Shown piece after piece: positions 39,126-52,379 of a DNA stretch of 64,000 bases; positions within the stretch are counted from its first letter, which is position 1, and every line of letters begins with the position of its first letter. The DNA is taken from positions 39,330,920-39,394,919 of the forward strand of contig NC_134234.1 of the NCBI RefSeq assembly GCF_965152275.1, given 5' to 3'. The notes beneath the pieces were generated by a model. It saw nothing but the letters and a program-made list of their open reading frames with translations. It was not told the origin of the DNA and searched no databases. Source of the stretch: Natator depressus (taxonomy: Eukaryota). A program made the translations under genes and the position numbers.

Positions 39126-40080
39126 CTGTATTAAATGAGTGTATATAATTAAATATAAAATACACAAAAGGCACTGTACATAGACTGACAGGGCCAGCCT
39201 TAAACTGAAATTCCAACACCATACTAACAGTTAGTAGGCAGGAATTTAATTGAATGTAGAAATTTGTAAAGATTCTCAAAGAGCATGCACTATTTTTCTA
39301 GAACTTTATAGTTGTCAAAAAACAAACTCATTAAAATCACAATAAAGTTGATAAATATCATCTCAGCTGATCACTAGTGTTGCAGTTAATTTTAAACAAT
39401 ACTAAAGCTGCATTCTGAAGGCAATTTTTTTTAAAAAAAAAAGTTCAGAGAGGCTGTCTTAATAGTTAAAGCAAGGAAGGAGAGGTAGAGATCACTGAAG
39501 TGTAAAAGTATGGGAATCATTAGAAACATGCATCTTTGGAAAGTTTATTCTTGATTTAGTTAAATCAAGGTATGAAATATAGCTTACCATCCTATTTGAA
39601 GCATTGGAAGGCCCAAACAAATTTGTCCCTGATTCAGGAAAAGTATTTAAGCACGTGCTAAAGTGCTTTCCTATTTCAGGGCCTATATTAGTACATGCAA
39701 TTAATTAAATGAATGCTTGGACTCTGTCTATTAAAAGCAGATTACAACATGTACTTTGTGTAAATACATTATTCAGTATAAACTGCTACATTTCTTCTAT
39801 ATATCAGACATGATGTATCAAACTTTTTCAAGTGTAAGCTTCTCAAGAGCTCAATAAGGTTTTAAATGAAGTCTTTTCTATTACTAGTGGATTACCACAC
39901 AGTTATACAAATATTCATTTTTCATCCTTTCATACAATATATCCATCTTAACTTGAAGACAAGCACTGTACACAGAAAATGAGTACTCAAGGAAGGGTGG
40001 ATGAACTTCAGTGTGCCAAGAACTCTTTCCCCCCCTCTACTGTGTGGGAACCTGTAGGGTATATTAAAAGTAAAAATTTA

Positions 40081-40248
<168 letters not shown>

Positions 40249-40294
40249 TTATATGAAAATTAAACTATACAGATAAAAGGTTCATAGTTTTTAC

Positions 40295-40379
40295 CTATTT
40301 GTCCATTTGAGAAATGTAAGACTTCTAACCCATCAGGGTATGTAGTATGAGTTGTCTGGGCATCTGCATAATAGTAAAT
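40295..40379 (-). CDS. CENPJ: CENPJ G-box exon. Translation: [28 protein letters not shown](E).
   Basis: Acceptor cttctctacag lies at forward 40380-40390 and donor ATAG|gtaaaa is the reverse complement of 40289-40294. The sequence is near-identical to the human CENPJ segment [30 protein letters not shown]. Confidence 0.75.
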
Positions 40380-40459
40380 CTGTAGAGAAGAATAGATCAT
40401 AAGTGTCTTTAAGAAAATCTGGCCATATAAACTGTTGGGAAGATAATTTGGATACATAC

Positions 40460-40600
40460 CACTCTTTGATCAGGCATAACTTGTTTCACATCCCCATTAA
40501 AGAATGTTACAGTTATGGTCTTTCCATCCGAACTCATTTCTTTCCGTGTTCCATTAGGGAAAAATATAAGATGACAGCCATTTTTTAAAACCTTTTCAAC
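40460..40600 (-). CDS. CENPJ: CENPJ G-box exon. Translation: [47 protein letters not shown].
   Basis: Acceptor taccttttag is the reverse complement of forward 40601-40610. Donor AGAGTG|gtatgt is the reverse complement of forward 40454-40459. The exon is phase 0 to 0. Confidence 0.75.
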
Positions 40601-41584
40601 CTAAAAGGTAAATTACATAAAGGTGGATGTTCAGCAATAAAACTGGTATAACGTTTCCAACAATAATTTCAGTTAAAATTAAATTCTTTGGTCATTTTAG
40701 CAGTTTGACAGAGTTTGAGCTATTGACAGGCAAATCAGCATTAGACGAATATTTGTCTGACTTTTGCCCAGACTTTAAGACTGAGCTCTTTGAGAGCCAA
40801 AGTTTGTTTCCACTTCTCATCCAACCTTGAATTTCCATAACTTTCCATTGTCTGGTTTGACACAATAGTAGTAATAAAATGCAGCCAGAGACGCTGTTGT
40901 GGAACCAGAAAGCAACACACAGGAATAACAATTTATGGATTTGTCATCCACATTCCTGAAATAGTTTCTCACATTTTGTCAAACCAGTTCTCCAATAATT
41001 TTCTCCAATAAGCAAAGAAAGTAGTTTCTTTTCCCTTAATTGTATAAATTCTTGTTAAATTGGGCATCTGGCTCAAGGACTTATTTATTTAAAACAGAGG
41101 TTGGAAATAATATTTTTAATATCATAACACTAAGAAGCCTCAGTCATGTACATTGTACAGCACCTAACCTAATAGTCAAACAGAATAAAAAGACAGTCCC
41201 TGACCCAAAGAACTTAAACTAAGTATAAGACAAAGACTGATTGGGGTGGGGGGAGTGTGTACAAGAAACAAATGAGACCCTCGTTTTCCTTTTTTTGCTG
41301 GTTTGGTCATTTCCAATTGGACTCAAGTATGAAACCATCCTATGTGTATATATGGAACAGTTTACAACACACAATTTTTATGAAAGTGATTTAGGTATTT
41401 AGATTTTAACATTTATCTTAGACTCTAAATGCTTCACAAATGAAAGGGATACCCACCCAACAGCCCCATATATAAATTGAACAAGAGAGGCACCGCAGCC
41501 CTGACAAAGATGAGTTCCCCTGAAAGAGTGAATTAATTGCCCAGATCTATTCTCTGTAGCCTCATAAAGGAAATCTAATCCTAC

Positions 41585-41686
41585 CTTTCCATCAGGATAG
41601 TTAACTTCTCCCTGTATTTCTTCACTACCTGTAGACACAAGAAAAGGGGACTCTAATGGCACACACGTTTCAGTAGGGGACATGTC
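41585..41686 (-). CDS. CENPJ: CENPJ exon. Translation: DMSPTETCVPLESPFLVSTGSEEIQGEVNYPDGK.
   Basis: Acceptor tttcatttcag is the reverse complement of forward 41687-41697. Donor GGAAAG|gtagga is the reverse complement of forward 41579-41584. It is phase 0 and joins in frame to VEKVLKNG... I could not locate one or two CENPJ exons expected between 41.7 and 46.7 kb. Confidence 0.6.
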
Positions 41687-43374
41687 CTGAAATGAAAAGA
41701 TTTCTCTAGTAAGCAACTGTGACAGAGTACAACCCTGTATTAATACCCTCCACACTACTGTAATAATCATTGTACAAATTATGTCCTGTGAGGTATCATT
41801 TGAAAACTAATAACTCACTGTCAATATCACGATGAAATACATACAATATTACATGTAAAATTAGGAACAAATTGAAATCCTGACTGAAGTTTGTTTATCA
41901 GACAAGTCTGGGGAGGGGGTAAACCTGTTTCTCAAAGACAAAGGACAAGCCTCTTGCCAGGTGTAAATCTACAAAGTGGCCATTCTTTGACAAAGAAGGG
42001 AGGCTTGAACAAACATCTGCATCTTAGCAAACAGCAGCATGAAACCTGGTTCACCTCAAGACTCCAGCCTCACAGTGGGAATGAACTTCATTTAAGGGTA
42101 GCCTTAAGGAAAATGTATTTCAGGTTGGGAGCTTACAGAAGCAAAAGCATTGTGAGACACCCCAAGTTGCAAGGCAGGTGGCGGGACAGCCCCTCACTAG
42201 TCTGGATTGCAACCTGGAATGTGACAGCAATAAATCAAGCTCCATTTTTGTGGGATTTTTCTGGAACATAAAGATAATCTAACTTTTCTATCACATCTGG
42301 TATCTTTTTTTACGCAGCCAAACTTGAGGGATTTTTCAGGAAGTGAGAAGGCAGCTCATGAAAGCAAGGAGGGACCAAGAGAATCATCAACCCAAAGCAC
42401 CTAGAGAAAAGGTCTGATATAGCTTATTGGATAATGACAAATCCACACACAAGATTTGTTAGGTTTTGGCAATCAGCTTTTGCCCAGATTGTTAAAGTGG
42501 ATCTCATTATAACAAATTCCAATCTGGTGCTTAACTTAAATCATCAGTAACAACAGATTCCAAGGCACGGAACCATTATTCAAGTTTCATATACTTCTAG
42601 CAAATGCTACATACAGTAATTAATAAAGATGTATTATGTCTCAACTACCTGCATTCTTACAAAATCCACTGTTCTTTCTTCAGAAAAGAGATAAACATCC
42701 AGTTTTTTCTACAAACATTTATTAAAATTCGGTAAATTTGTAAGATACTTTGCTTAGCTACAATTGAACATCACCAAACATCTCCCCCTGCTGTAACCAA
42801 AAAAAATATGGTTCCAAATACTAGATGCAAGTGTAATTTTCTGTACAAGTATTCTGCATTACCAAAGTGTAGTTTAATATTGTAGTCATTACTAAATCTT
42901 GTCTAGTGTTCTTATGGCAGTTTCATAAATCACTTTTCAGGCTTCACATTTACGTAATGCAGATAACTATTCTATTATTTGGAATCGAGTCAAAATAGAC
43001 AACATTCTGGTACAGGACTTACTATCATAAAAGTCCTAGAGGAATCTTCTAGTGTCATCATTGTCTTGTCAAAGTTACTCCCATCACTAACAGGTGCTGA
43101 TTTAGGTCTTCTAGAAGGCTTTCCTGTTCAAATTATAAAAACTGTTAATTTTACATCATCTCAGCAGCCAAGAAGCAGTTTGGGTGTTATAAGCAAATAT
43201 AATGATCAGAATGATAAACTATACTGGATATCTGCATACCTCATGTGCAGTATTAACTTGAAAGCAGTATCTTCAGCTACTCAAGAAGAATTAATATCGA
43301 GTTAAGTGTGTTACCTCAGATATATTATTGCTTGCTATAGTAGCAAAGAGCTACAATTTAAGTTATGTTTCAGA

Positions 43375-44400
43375 GTAGCAGCCGTGTTAGTCTGTATTCA
43401 CAAAAAGAAAAGGAGTACTTGTGGCACCTTAGAGACTAACAAATTTATTTGAGCATAAGCTTTCATGAGCTACAGCTCACTTCATCGGATGCATTCAGTG
43501 GAAAATACAGTGGGGAGATTTATATACATAGAGAACACGAAACAATGGGTGTTAACATACAGACTGTAATGAGAGTGATCGCTTAAGGTGAGCTAATACT
43601 AGCAGGAGAGTGGGGGGGGAAAAAAACCTTTTGTAGTGATAATCAAGGTGGGCCATTTCCAGCAGTCCTTGCTTACAGACAGCCCCCCAACCTGAAACAA
43701 ATACTCACCAGCAACCACACACCACACAACAGAACCACTAACCCAGGAACCTACCCTTGCAACAAAGCCCGTTGCCAACTGTGCCCACATATCTATTCAG
43801 GGGACACCATCATAGGGCCTAATAACATCAGCCGCACTATCAGAGGCTCGTTCACCTGCACATCCACCAATGTGATATATGCCATCATGTGCCAGCAATG
43901 CCCCTCTGCCATGTACATTGGTCAAACTGGACAGTCTCTACGTAAAAGAATAAATGGACACAAAATCAGATGTCAAGAATTATAACATTCAAAAACCAGT
44001 CGGAGAACACTTCCATCTCTTTGGTCACTCAATTACAGACCTAAAAGTTGCAATTCTTCAACAAAAAAACTTCAAAAACAGACTCCAAGGAGAGACTGCT
44101 GAATTGGAATTAATTTGCAAACTGGATACAATTAACTTAGGCTTGAATAGAGACTGGGAGTGGATGGGTGTTCTCCCCCCCCCCCCCCCCCCGCTCTCCT
44201 GCTGGTAATAGCTCACCTTACCTGATCACTCTCGTTACAGTGTGTATGGTAACACCCATTGTTTCATGTTCTCTATGTATATAAATCCCCCCACTGTATT
44301 TTCCACTGCATGCATCTGATGAAGTGAGCTGTAGCTCACGAAAGCTTATGCTCAAATAAATTTTTGTTAGTCTCTAAGGTGCCACAAGTACTCCTTTTCA
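43375..44400 (+). mobile_element. 5'-truncated Penelope-like element (PLE): a GIY-YIG endonuclease remnant flanked by inverted terminal arms.
   Basis: The internal + strand frame at 43660-44130 reads ..TCTSTNVIYAIMCQQCPSAMYIGQTGQSLRKRINGHKSDVKNYNIQKPVGEHFHLFGH.., a GIY-YIG motif. Arms of about 120 bp at 43375-43495 and 44300-44400 are inverted copies of the ...tacttgtggcaccttagagactaacaaatttatttgagcataagcttt.gtgagctacagctcacttcatc... family. Confidence 0.55.
44166..44193. repeat. Poly-C tract inside the PLE remnant. Other homopolymers in the window: A at 34534-34553, A at 36483-36502, T at 10421-10445, T at 29400-29426.
   Basis: Read directly from the sequence. Confidence 0.8.
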
Positions 44401-46722
44401 ATTTAAGTTATGAAAGTCATAATAAATGTGCTATCTATACTATATTTTATTTATAGATTTCAAATTATAAAAAAGGCACCTTTTCAAAGCTCTAGGTGCC
44501 TAACTCATTTATTAATTATATAATGAAATAACAGCACTGAGATAATCATTCCAATAGGAACTCAGCCAGCAAAACACCTACAGAGAGATTCCTTTCTACC
44601 CCTTTTGATTTATAAGCAGCTCATCCTTGTCCTTTTCCAAAATAACCCTATAATGGTGTGTCCTTGCAGCATTCATGGAAGGTTTGGAACAAGTGAGGGG
44701 AACAATTTCCAGCATCTCGAAACCCTCACAGAGAACAGAAATGTCCTTCCAGCTACCCACTCTTTTATAGTGAGGGATGTCTAGTTTAGGCACTGCTGCA
44801 GACTGTAGCTGTGGCAACCTGGGACCAAAAGAAAGGCGATCTCTCAGGTACACCAGTCTCAAGACAGATAAGGCTTTATAGGTCATAAGCCAAGACTTAA
44901 ACTATACCCAAAGACCAACAAACACCCAGTGAAGATCCTAGCATCAGATGCTCCCAACAAAATGCCTCACTCAGTACGTGAGCCACACCATTCTGTACCA
45001 GCTTCATTCCTTGAATGATTTTAAAGATGTAACCCCATATAGAGTGCATAGCTATGCTTTCGTTAAGATAATTGCAAACAGCAGCAAGGTTCACATCTGA
45101 AAGATTGCAACCTCCTAGCCAGACGCAGATGTAAAAACAACAAAAAACCTGGACTACTGCTGTAATTAGAGAGTCAAACAGCAGCTGGGATCTGAAAAAA
45201 AAAAAAAATCACTCCTAAAATGCAAATCTTAGTAACTAATGGTGGATGGATTCCCTCAAATCCAAGGGACCAATTATCTCCAGCTGCTTCCCCATCACCT
45301 CGACTTTTATTCTGATCTGGATTGAGCAGCCAACTCACAGTCATTCATGGCCCAATCTTAGTTAGAAGCTGTCTGAGTCACATCATCCAAGCTGAAAATG
45401 ACAGATATACTTTTTGGTGTCATCAGCATACTGAAAACATACTTTATGCTTTCTTACTAACCCGCCTAATGGCCCCATATATATGTTGAACAGGAGGAGG
45501 TGACAGAATAGCACCCTGCAACATCCACCACTTTAGAGGTCTTCAGAAATTGCCTCCAACTACCTCTTTTGTGATTTCTCAGAGAGAAAATAATCACACC
45601 ACTGAAGAGCATCCTGTGCTCTCCCACTAGAGCCTGTAAGCACGTGAACACTACCTGGTGATCAAAACGGTATCCAAGGCAGTTTATCTAGCACAGATCA
45701 TTGACCATGCAGTCTCTGGGCCATACCCAGTTCTGTACCCAGAGTGGGAAGGAAATCAGGGACACACCTACATACTGAGAGAGCTGTGTCCACAACTTTC
45801 TCCACAATCTTATCCAAGACGATATTTATTATTTATCAGAGCATTAAGTCTGATTTTTAAACTTTCACATGCATTATATTTTTGGACTATTTAATACATG
45901 CATTGCCTGAGGGAAATAAAGATATTACCAATTATCAGTTGCTGCAAACAAACATTAAAACTGGCAATTTTCTTTTAAAGAGTTAATACGATTCTCCTAT
46001 TGAATAAATATTTATACCTTTTACTGGTGAATAACCTTTGCCATTCATCTTGCTACTCTTTTCTATTTGAGGAACTGGAGACAGAAACTGTTTTTTTTTA
46101 AATCTAGTTGATGGACTCTGAAAATACATAATAAAGATTTTATTTAGTTCAAGAATGGTTTATTGATAGCACTCATCAACACAGACCACTTGTCCATAAT
46201 TTTTATAGCAATGACTGTTAATTATACACTTTTAAAGTATATTGTGAAGGGAATAAAGACTGAGCTCCTCTTTCCCCTACTTCCTCACTATGCACAATCC
46301 CAAATTTTACCTTGGTGCAGTTAACCAGGGATAAGTATACTCCTCCTTACATTAGTTTAAGTTTTAGTAGTCTAACTGTGAAATCTTTCAGTGAAGACTG
46401 GCTGGTTTCACTGGATAATCTTTAGAGTGCAAAGGCACCAAAGTCAATTGCAACTGATTTCCCTATCGAACTCCAAAATAATTCAGTTTGAGAGAGCAAG
46501 ATCCTGGAGAGCATGGTACCTGCACACAGTGAAAATCCAGGTTTATAGGGGCAGTAGAAGTCAACAGCAGTGTACTGTCTTACAAACACCAATACACCCC
46601 CATTAATTTAAATGAAACATCCAACTGGTCTCTTCTGAATACCAGCTGAAAATATCAATGAGCCAAAACTCACTATACAGCTGCAAAAATCAGTTTAAAA
46701 TACCTCAAAACAAACAACTTAC

Positions 46723-46935
46723 TATAGATTCTGCTCTCTTCAAATTCATTCCAGAACTTTCAGCCTTCCTGTTGCTTTCAGCAGCTTCTGCTTTCTTCCA
46801 AACTTCTAGACGAAATCTTTCCATGATTTTGATCTCTTCTCTTAACTCTGTGTTCTCCTTTGTTAAGGTTTCTATCTGGTTTCTAAGGCGACCATGAGTA
46901 GACAACCATTTTGCTTCTCTTCGCTTTAAGTCTTC
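46723..46935 (-). CDS. CENPJ: CENPJ coiled-coil exon. Translation: [71 protein letters not shown].
   Basis: Acceptor gatttgcag is the reverse complement of forward 46936-46944. Donor CTATA|gtaagt is the reverse complement of forward 46717-46722. It is 213 nt and phase 0, and the heptad-rich sequence fits a coiled coil. Confidence 0.6.
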
Positions 46936-48834
46936 CTGCAAATCTGCAAGCTGCTGTTTTAAAGCCTTAGAAAAATATTTATCAATTGTTTGTAGGAGGA
47001 TACAAGCCAGTCATTTTCTGCTGTATTAAAACATAGACTAGAGAAAATAGTAATCTTTTATTAGCAGTGACAGCACAGAAGACAGTGACCCAAAACTAGT
47101 GAAATCTTCTGTGTGTGAAGGACAGGAAGTGTGTTTTCTTTCCTAAAATCAGGAGCTACTTTGTATTAATAACTTACCTGATCTCTCTCCCAATCAGGCA
47201 GCGAGCTTCATCCCTACTCAGGCCCCTTTACACTAGATAAAAGGTAAGGCCCAGAGCAGTGTAAAGGAGCCATAAAAGCCTTCCCTTGCCAGAACAGGGG
47301 ATTACCCTGGTACAGGAACTGGAGTGCTTCAGAGGAGTCCTTCACAAACCTGGCCTCAGGGGCATACTGAGGATGGGGCTGCAGCACACAGCACTACAGA
47401 GGTTCTGGGCAGCCTGCAATATTTTAGACAGGTCCCTCCCCCAGGACTGCCTAGTTATATGGGTGGCCCCTCCAGCCTCCAGAGCAGCCCAAGATAGGGA
47501 GGGTGCAAAGGAGGCTTAAAAGACAATTTACCTCACCTTCTCCCTGGGCTGTAAGTTCTGTGCGCAGTGTAACACAGAATCTCACCCTAGGTCCTAGGGA
47601 AGGAAAAGGACTTTTTCTTCATAGTGTTCAAGATTGTATTCTTGTGTTTTTGTTTTTTTTTAATTAAGAAAAAGCAAGCTAAGTTTCCCCATCTGTAAAA
47701 TAAGGATAAGGATATCACCTTTGTAAAGCACTTTGAGATCTACTGATGAAAAATGCTACATAATAACTAGGTATCATTATTATACAGAGATGTCTAGCTA
47801 GATGGTTTGACAAGAGTCATGCTGCCATGTAGATAATATTTGGTTTCACATTTCAAGCCAAAAAATTAAAAAATGAATATTACATATAAATATGCATAGA
47901 AAAAGTCCATTGGGCATGATGGGCCAGGAAGCACAATCATGTATAGTTATAAACTTAATAGCAAATAAAAGGATTTTTAGGGCAGTCTGAAAAACAAGAA
48001 CAAATTTTCTATTCCTCTTTCCCTCCCCAAACAAGCTCAGAGGAAATCAGGAATTAAGTAATTTGAATTAAATAACTGTCACCTTTTATTTTGATCACTT
48101 TAGATTGAGTTAACCAAATAATAATGGATAACTCAATCACTAACTTTAGTAAGATATTAAAAAAGAAATCTAAAATTCTAAAAGCTAGAGGGAAAGATAC
48201 CAATATTACAATAAACTGCATTATTCAGACATTTTTAGCAACACGAATGTGCTATGCACCCTAGTAGTGACTAACAAGTCTTATCTTGTTCTAAGCAATA
48301 GGATTAATGATGGAAATTAGAAGACATGTTTAGGCATCAGACACATTATAATCGACATCTATTATGAGATAAAACGGTGCTTGGCACGCAACAATTATGG
48401 ACAGAACGATGCTTGATACAGGTTCAATTTTGCATTCAATTCACTACAGCGAATGAATTTGCAACATACTTATTACAGTAATATTTTGTAACTTGATTTA
48501 GTTTATTGGTCTGATATCATGTTCTTTGTTAGTGCCATTCTGCACCTTTTTTGGTATGGGAGTCTGACAGAAAGACAACAGTTCTTTAGTACTGTTTTTG
48601 TTTTGTTTTGTATTTTAAAGCAAAACGATACTTATGTGAAGCCTGTGATTTTCAGTGTGGGAATACTGATGGATTCCAGTCATCTTGGTCTAGTTTTATA
48701 TATATATTTTTTCTTTCCTATCAAACCCCTTCAAATTAACAGGATCCACAAATTCCAAATTGCACAACTGTGAAAAGCTGAAGTTTCACTGTGAAGATCA
48801 GAACAATCTTTATATTTTTCTTACCTGAATTTCA

Positions 48835-49000
48835 TCACGCTCCTTTTTATCTGGCATCGCTCTAGCTGCTGTGGAATATTTTTCAAAAACTTTACGGTCT
48901 TTTTGCAGTTTTCTCATTTCTTCTTTTTTAACTTCTTCTATCCGAGCCAATTCTTTTGTTTTCTGCTGTTCAAAGTCTGCAATTTCTCTCCTGAAATTAC
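48835..49000 (-). CDS. CENPJ: CENPJ coiled-coil exon. Translation: (R)[55 protein letters not shown].
   Basis: Acceptor gtaatttcag is the reverse complement of forward 49001-49010. Donor ATTCAG|gtaaga is the reverse complement of forward 48829-48834. It is 166 nt with phase 2 in and phase 0 out, consistent with both neighbouring exons. Confidence 0.65.
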
Positions 49001-49804
49001 ACAAGGTAGCTTATTGTTCTGGAATAGAACAACTTCAAGTTTGGAGTATTTATATTTTTTTTTGTGTTGTTTTTTAAAGGAGAAAATTAAGATTTAGAAT
49101 TTTACTCCTTGGTAACTGAAAATAGTATCTCTTGTTCCCAGAAAGACTTTCCAATTTAAATAAATTACACACACTATATATTTAGTCAGAAGGGTCTCCT
49201 CACTGCCACTGCTGAAGTCTTAAGAATCATCTCTTTGCAGTTCCCACTAACAAGAATCCGCTCCATATTTACTGTTGCTTTGACTGACAACTGGACAGGA
49301 CCTCTTTTCAGAGACTGCAAATAACATTCCTTAATTGGCAAAAGGGATCGCTATCGTCTAACATAAGGCATTCCCTCTCCTTCCTCCATCCCCAACTCTA
49401 CCCCGTTTCCAGCCGACGTATGCCCAGGAAGGTTTTTCCAGGAACAAACATCTGATCAAAAATACAGCATCATAGTCACACTTCAGCAAGACACCAGGTA
49501 AAAGCATCAAGCTCTGGAAAACTGATATATTTTTTTTTTTTTAAAAGATTGAGTCATTTAAAACAATCTATAAAGTATATGGAAAAAAAAAAAAATCTCC
49601 CAACCATATGAGCTTTCATACTGAACAAGTTGGGTATAGCTTTTTTAAATCATGTTTTGATCCTTTTTCTAGAGTAGCAACTTGAGTGATTAATTATACA
49701 GTTTATTTATTGCATGTTGTACATTTAAACTACCTATAGTGTCAAACTTTTTTTTACCTATCTACACAATTATATTCTAAGAGATGCCAATTACTTACCT
49801 GTAT

Positions 49805-50150
49805 ACTAAATATATCACGGGTGGCCAAACTGTGGCTCACCAGCCATAGCCAACTCTTTTACAGTTAAAGTGCGGCTTGCAGAGCCCCTCCATTCTCAAC
49901 CTACCAGACTGGGGGTAGGTGGAGCTCAGGGCCTCTGCCCAGTGGGAAGGGAGTCTAGGGGCTTCAGCCCCGCAGGAGGCACCTGCCAGGGCTCAGGACT
50001 TAGGCCCCACTCTTCCTGAAGCCCCAAGCACTGGCAGGCACCATCCGTGGGGCTGAAGCCCAGAACCTCACCACCCTGCCGCAGGGTGGAAGCAGGTGCA
50101 CCCAGCACTCAGACTTCTGAAGATCATCAGAGGACCAGTAAGTTCGGCCA
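49805..50150. mobile_element. MITE-like GC-rich element inside a CENPJ intron.
   Basis: It begins gggtggccaaactgtggctcacc and ends aagttcggccacccctg. Internal reverse-complementary blocks include ggggcttcagccc / gggctgaagccc. Confidence 0.4.
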
Positions 50151-50314
50151 CCCCTGAAATAGATCTCTGTAATATTTACTACTATCCAATACTAGTGTGC
50201 TTACCTGCAGATTTGGTCATTTGCCTATCTATAAAATAGCTCTAACTAAACAGTTAAGGAAATGTATTTACTAAGCAAGTAAAATAAACTGAAATACTCC
50301 CACTGAAAAATTAC

Positions 50315-50447
50315 CTGAGATTTTCTAAGGAGCTCTCTCGTTCTTCACGGAGTTTTGTTAGAGATGCATTTTCAGCTCTGAATCTTTCAATTTCTGTTTC
50401 CAATTCAACAAGCTTCTCTCTTAGTACCTGGGATCGAACAATGTCTC
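50315..50447 (-). CDS. CENPJ: CENPJ coiled-coil exon. Translation: (G)[43 protein letters not shown](R).
   Basis: Donor TCTCAG|gtaatt is the reverse complement of forward 50309-50314. The acceptor at cttgatag|GA was chosen because it keeps phase with the exon 7 end (G + GA) and with the next exon. An alternative acceptor at cccag|GTACT would also work. Confidence 0.55.
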
Positions 50448-50999
50448 CTATCAAGGAACAGGCATACCCAAGTTAAGAGACATTCATACAGAGTGTTGAA
50501 GTATACACTAAATTGTCAGATATAAGTGATTTCATCAGTTGATCTTACTCTGAGGCACAAATAACTAGTCTCCAAATAATACAGTAGGTGACAAATAAGT
50601 CAGTCCTTGTCAAAGCAATCTGTGCTTCTTGTTCAACCATCTCAGGTTTTGAATGTATTTGCTGCACAGGCACAACAGGGTATGCAAGGACTACAAATTT
50701 AAATCTGAATTAGTCTTCAAAATAGAGTAATTCTCATTGAATTTATGATCAGGGTTCATACAGGAGGCGGAGGGGAGGTGGTCAGGCTCTTCAAAGCTGT
50801 GCCGACAAAATAAACTCTGCCCATGCAGGTCAGCAAAATAAGACCAACTTCAAAGTTTATTATGCAGATGTTCAAAGTATGATTGTTCATACTCTCGTTT
50901 CGGTGAGCCTGGCTCAACCTCAGTAGGTATATCTACCCAGCAAAGAGCAGAAAGCCCCCAGCCCGGATTGACAGACTTGGGCATGATCTAGGTCTCTTT

Positions 51000-51445
51000 T
51001 TTTTTTTTTTTTTTTTCCTTCTTTTCTTTTTTTAAATTTCCAATCAAGAAGAGCCTAACAGAGCCCATGGGTGTTTTCGACCTTTACATCTACAAAGCTC
51101 ACAGCAGCAAGACTCACAGCCTGGATCAACAGACTTAAGCTTGCAGGGCTCATACTAGTACTCTAAAAAACAGCAGTGTAGACAGCTCTTCAAAGTAGCA
51201 GCTCAGGCTCTGAAGCCTACCCCTTCCTCCCTTGGCTTCAGAGCCTGAGCTGCTACTTTGAAGAGCTGTCTACACTGCTGTTTTTTAGAGTACTAGTATG
51301 AGCCCTGCAAGCTTAAGTCTGTTGATCCAGGCTGCAAGTCTTGCTGCTGTGAGCTTTGTAGATGTAAAGGTCGAAAACACCCATGGGCTCTGTTAGGCTC
51401 TTCTTGATTGGAAATTTTAAAAAAAAAAAAAAAAAAAAAAAGGTA
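51000..51445. repeat. Approximately 440-bp near-perfect palindrome (inverted duplication) in a CENPJ intron.
   Basis: The arms at 51003-51220 and 51225-51443 are reverse complements with a few mismatches. The structure starts with T(22) and ends with A(24). Confidence 0.75.
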
Positions 51446-52379
51446 TCTCCCAACCACTTTCTACTTGGGGCACCGAAGTGAAATGGTGCTCAAAGTTTCT
51501 TGTGGAGATCTATGATCCTCCATCTCCTTTCTTACATGAGGAATGAAACAGTTAATATTGATGTTTAAATCTTTGTCAGTGCGCATCTGAATAAGCCCAT
51601 TCCTGAAATTAATGCGGCAGTTCTCTCTGCATTGATTACACACTGACATTTTTTTAAATTTTCTTCTCAACCATAACAATAGAGGCTTTAATTAAAAAAA
51701 AATCAAGCAAATATATTCTGGATAACAAGACAAAGTTGAATCCATACCCCGTTTATGGTATAAAATTATTTTGCCAGATATTAAATGATCAGCAATGTGC
51801 TTTTTGTATTTTAGTACCTATCTTGATCAATTTTGCTAAGTATTTTTCCAGTAAGGGTTTATTAGAATTGCTGAATTTATTCCAGTAGTTAAGAGAAGGA
51901 AGATGTGGATACAGATTGACAACAATGGGGGGGAAAAGTCTCTCACTTCTAAGACTTTTCAGCCAAGCATTAAGCATTACATTTGACAACGTAACACAGT
52001 TGTTTCTAAATCATCTACATACACAGATGTAGTGCTGAGTCCATCCTCCCAGCCCCAATAGCCTAGGAAACCGAACATCCCAGGATCTGAACTCTTAACA
52101 CACAGGCTGCAGTGCATTTTACAACCACTAAACCATTAACAAAGTCCAGGTCTGCAAAAAAACCAAAACCGACAATAATAAACAACCTTCCCTCACATAT
52201 TTTGCATTAGAACAATCAGCTTGTGTACTTAAAAAAAAATCCTAGTGACCAGCAAATCTAACAATTATTAAAATTAGGTTGCTGTAAAGGATGATGAAAA
52301 ACTAACAAAGGAAATGTAGCTACAATCCCAAAGATTGACTCTCTAGTAGGAAGAAGAATTGTGCTCTGAAGATTGTTAG

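Noticed and set aside
51461-51679. A 72-aa - strand ORF next to the large palindrome, as a possible extra CENPJ exon.
   Set aside because: Exon 7 to exon 8 phase already closes without it. It has no convincing splice sites or coiled-coil character, and it lies in AT-rich sequence flanking a repeat.
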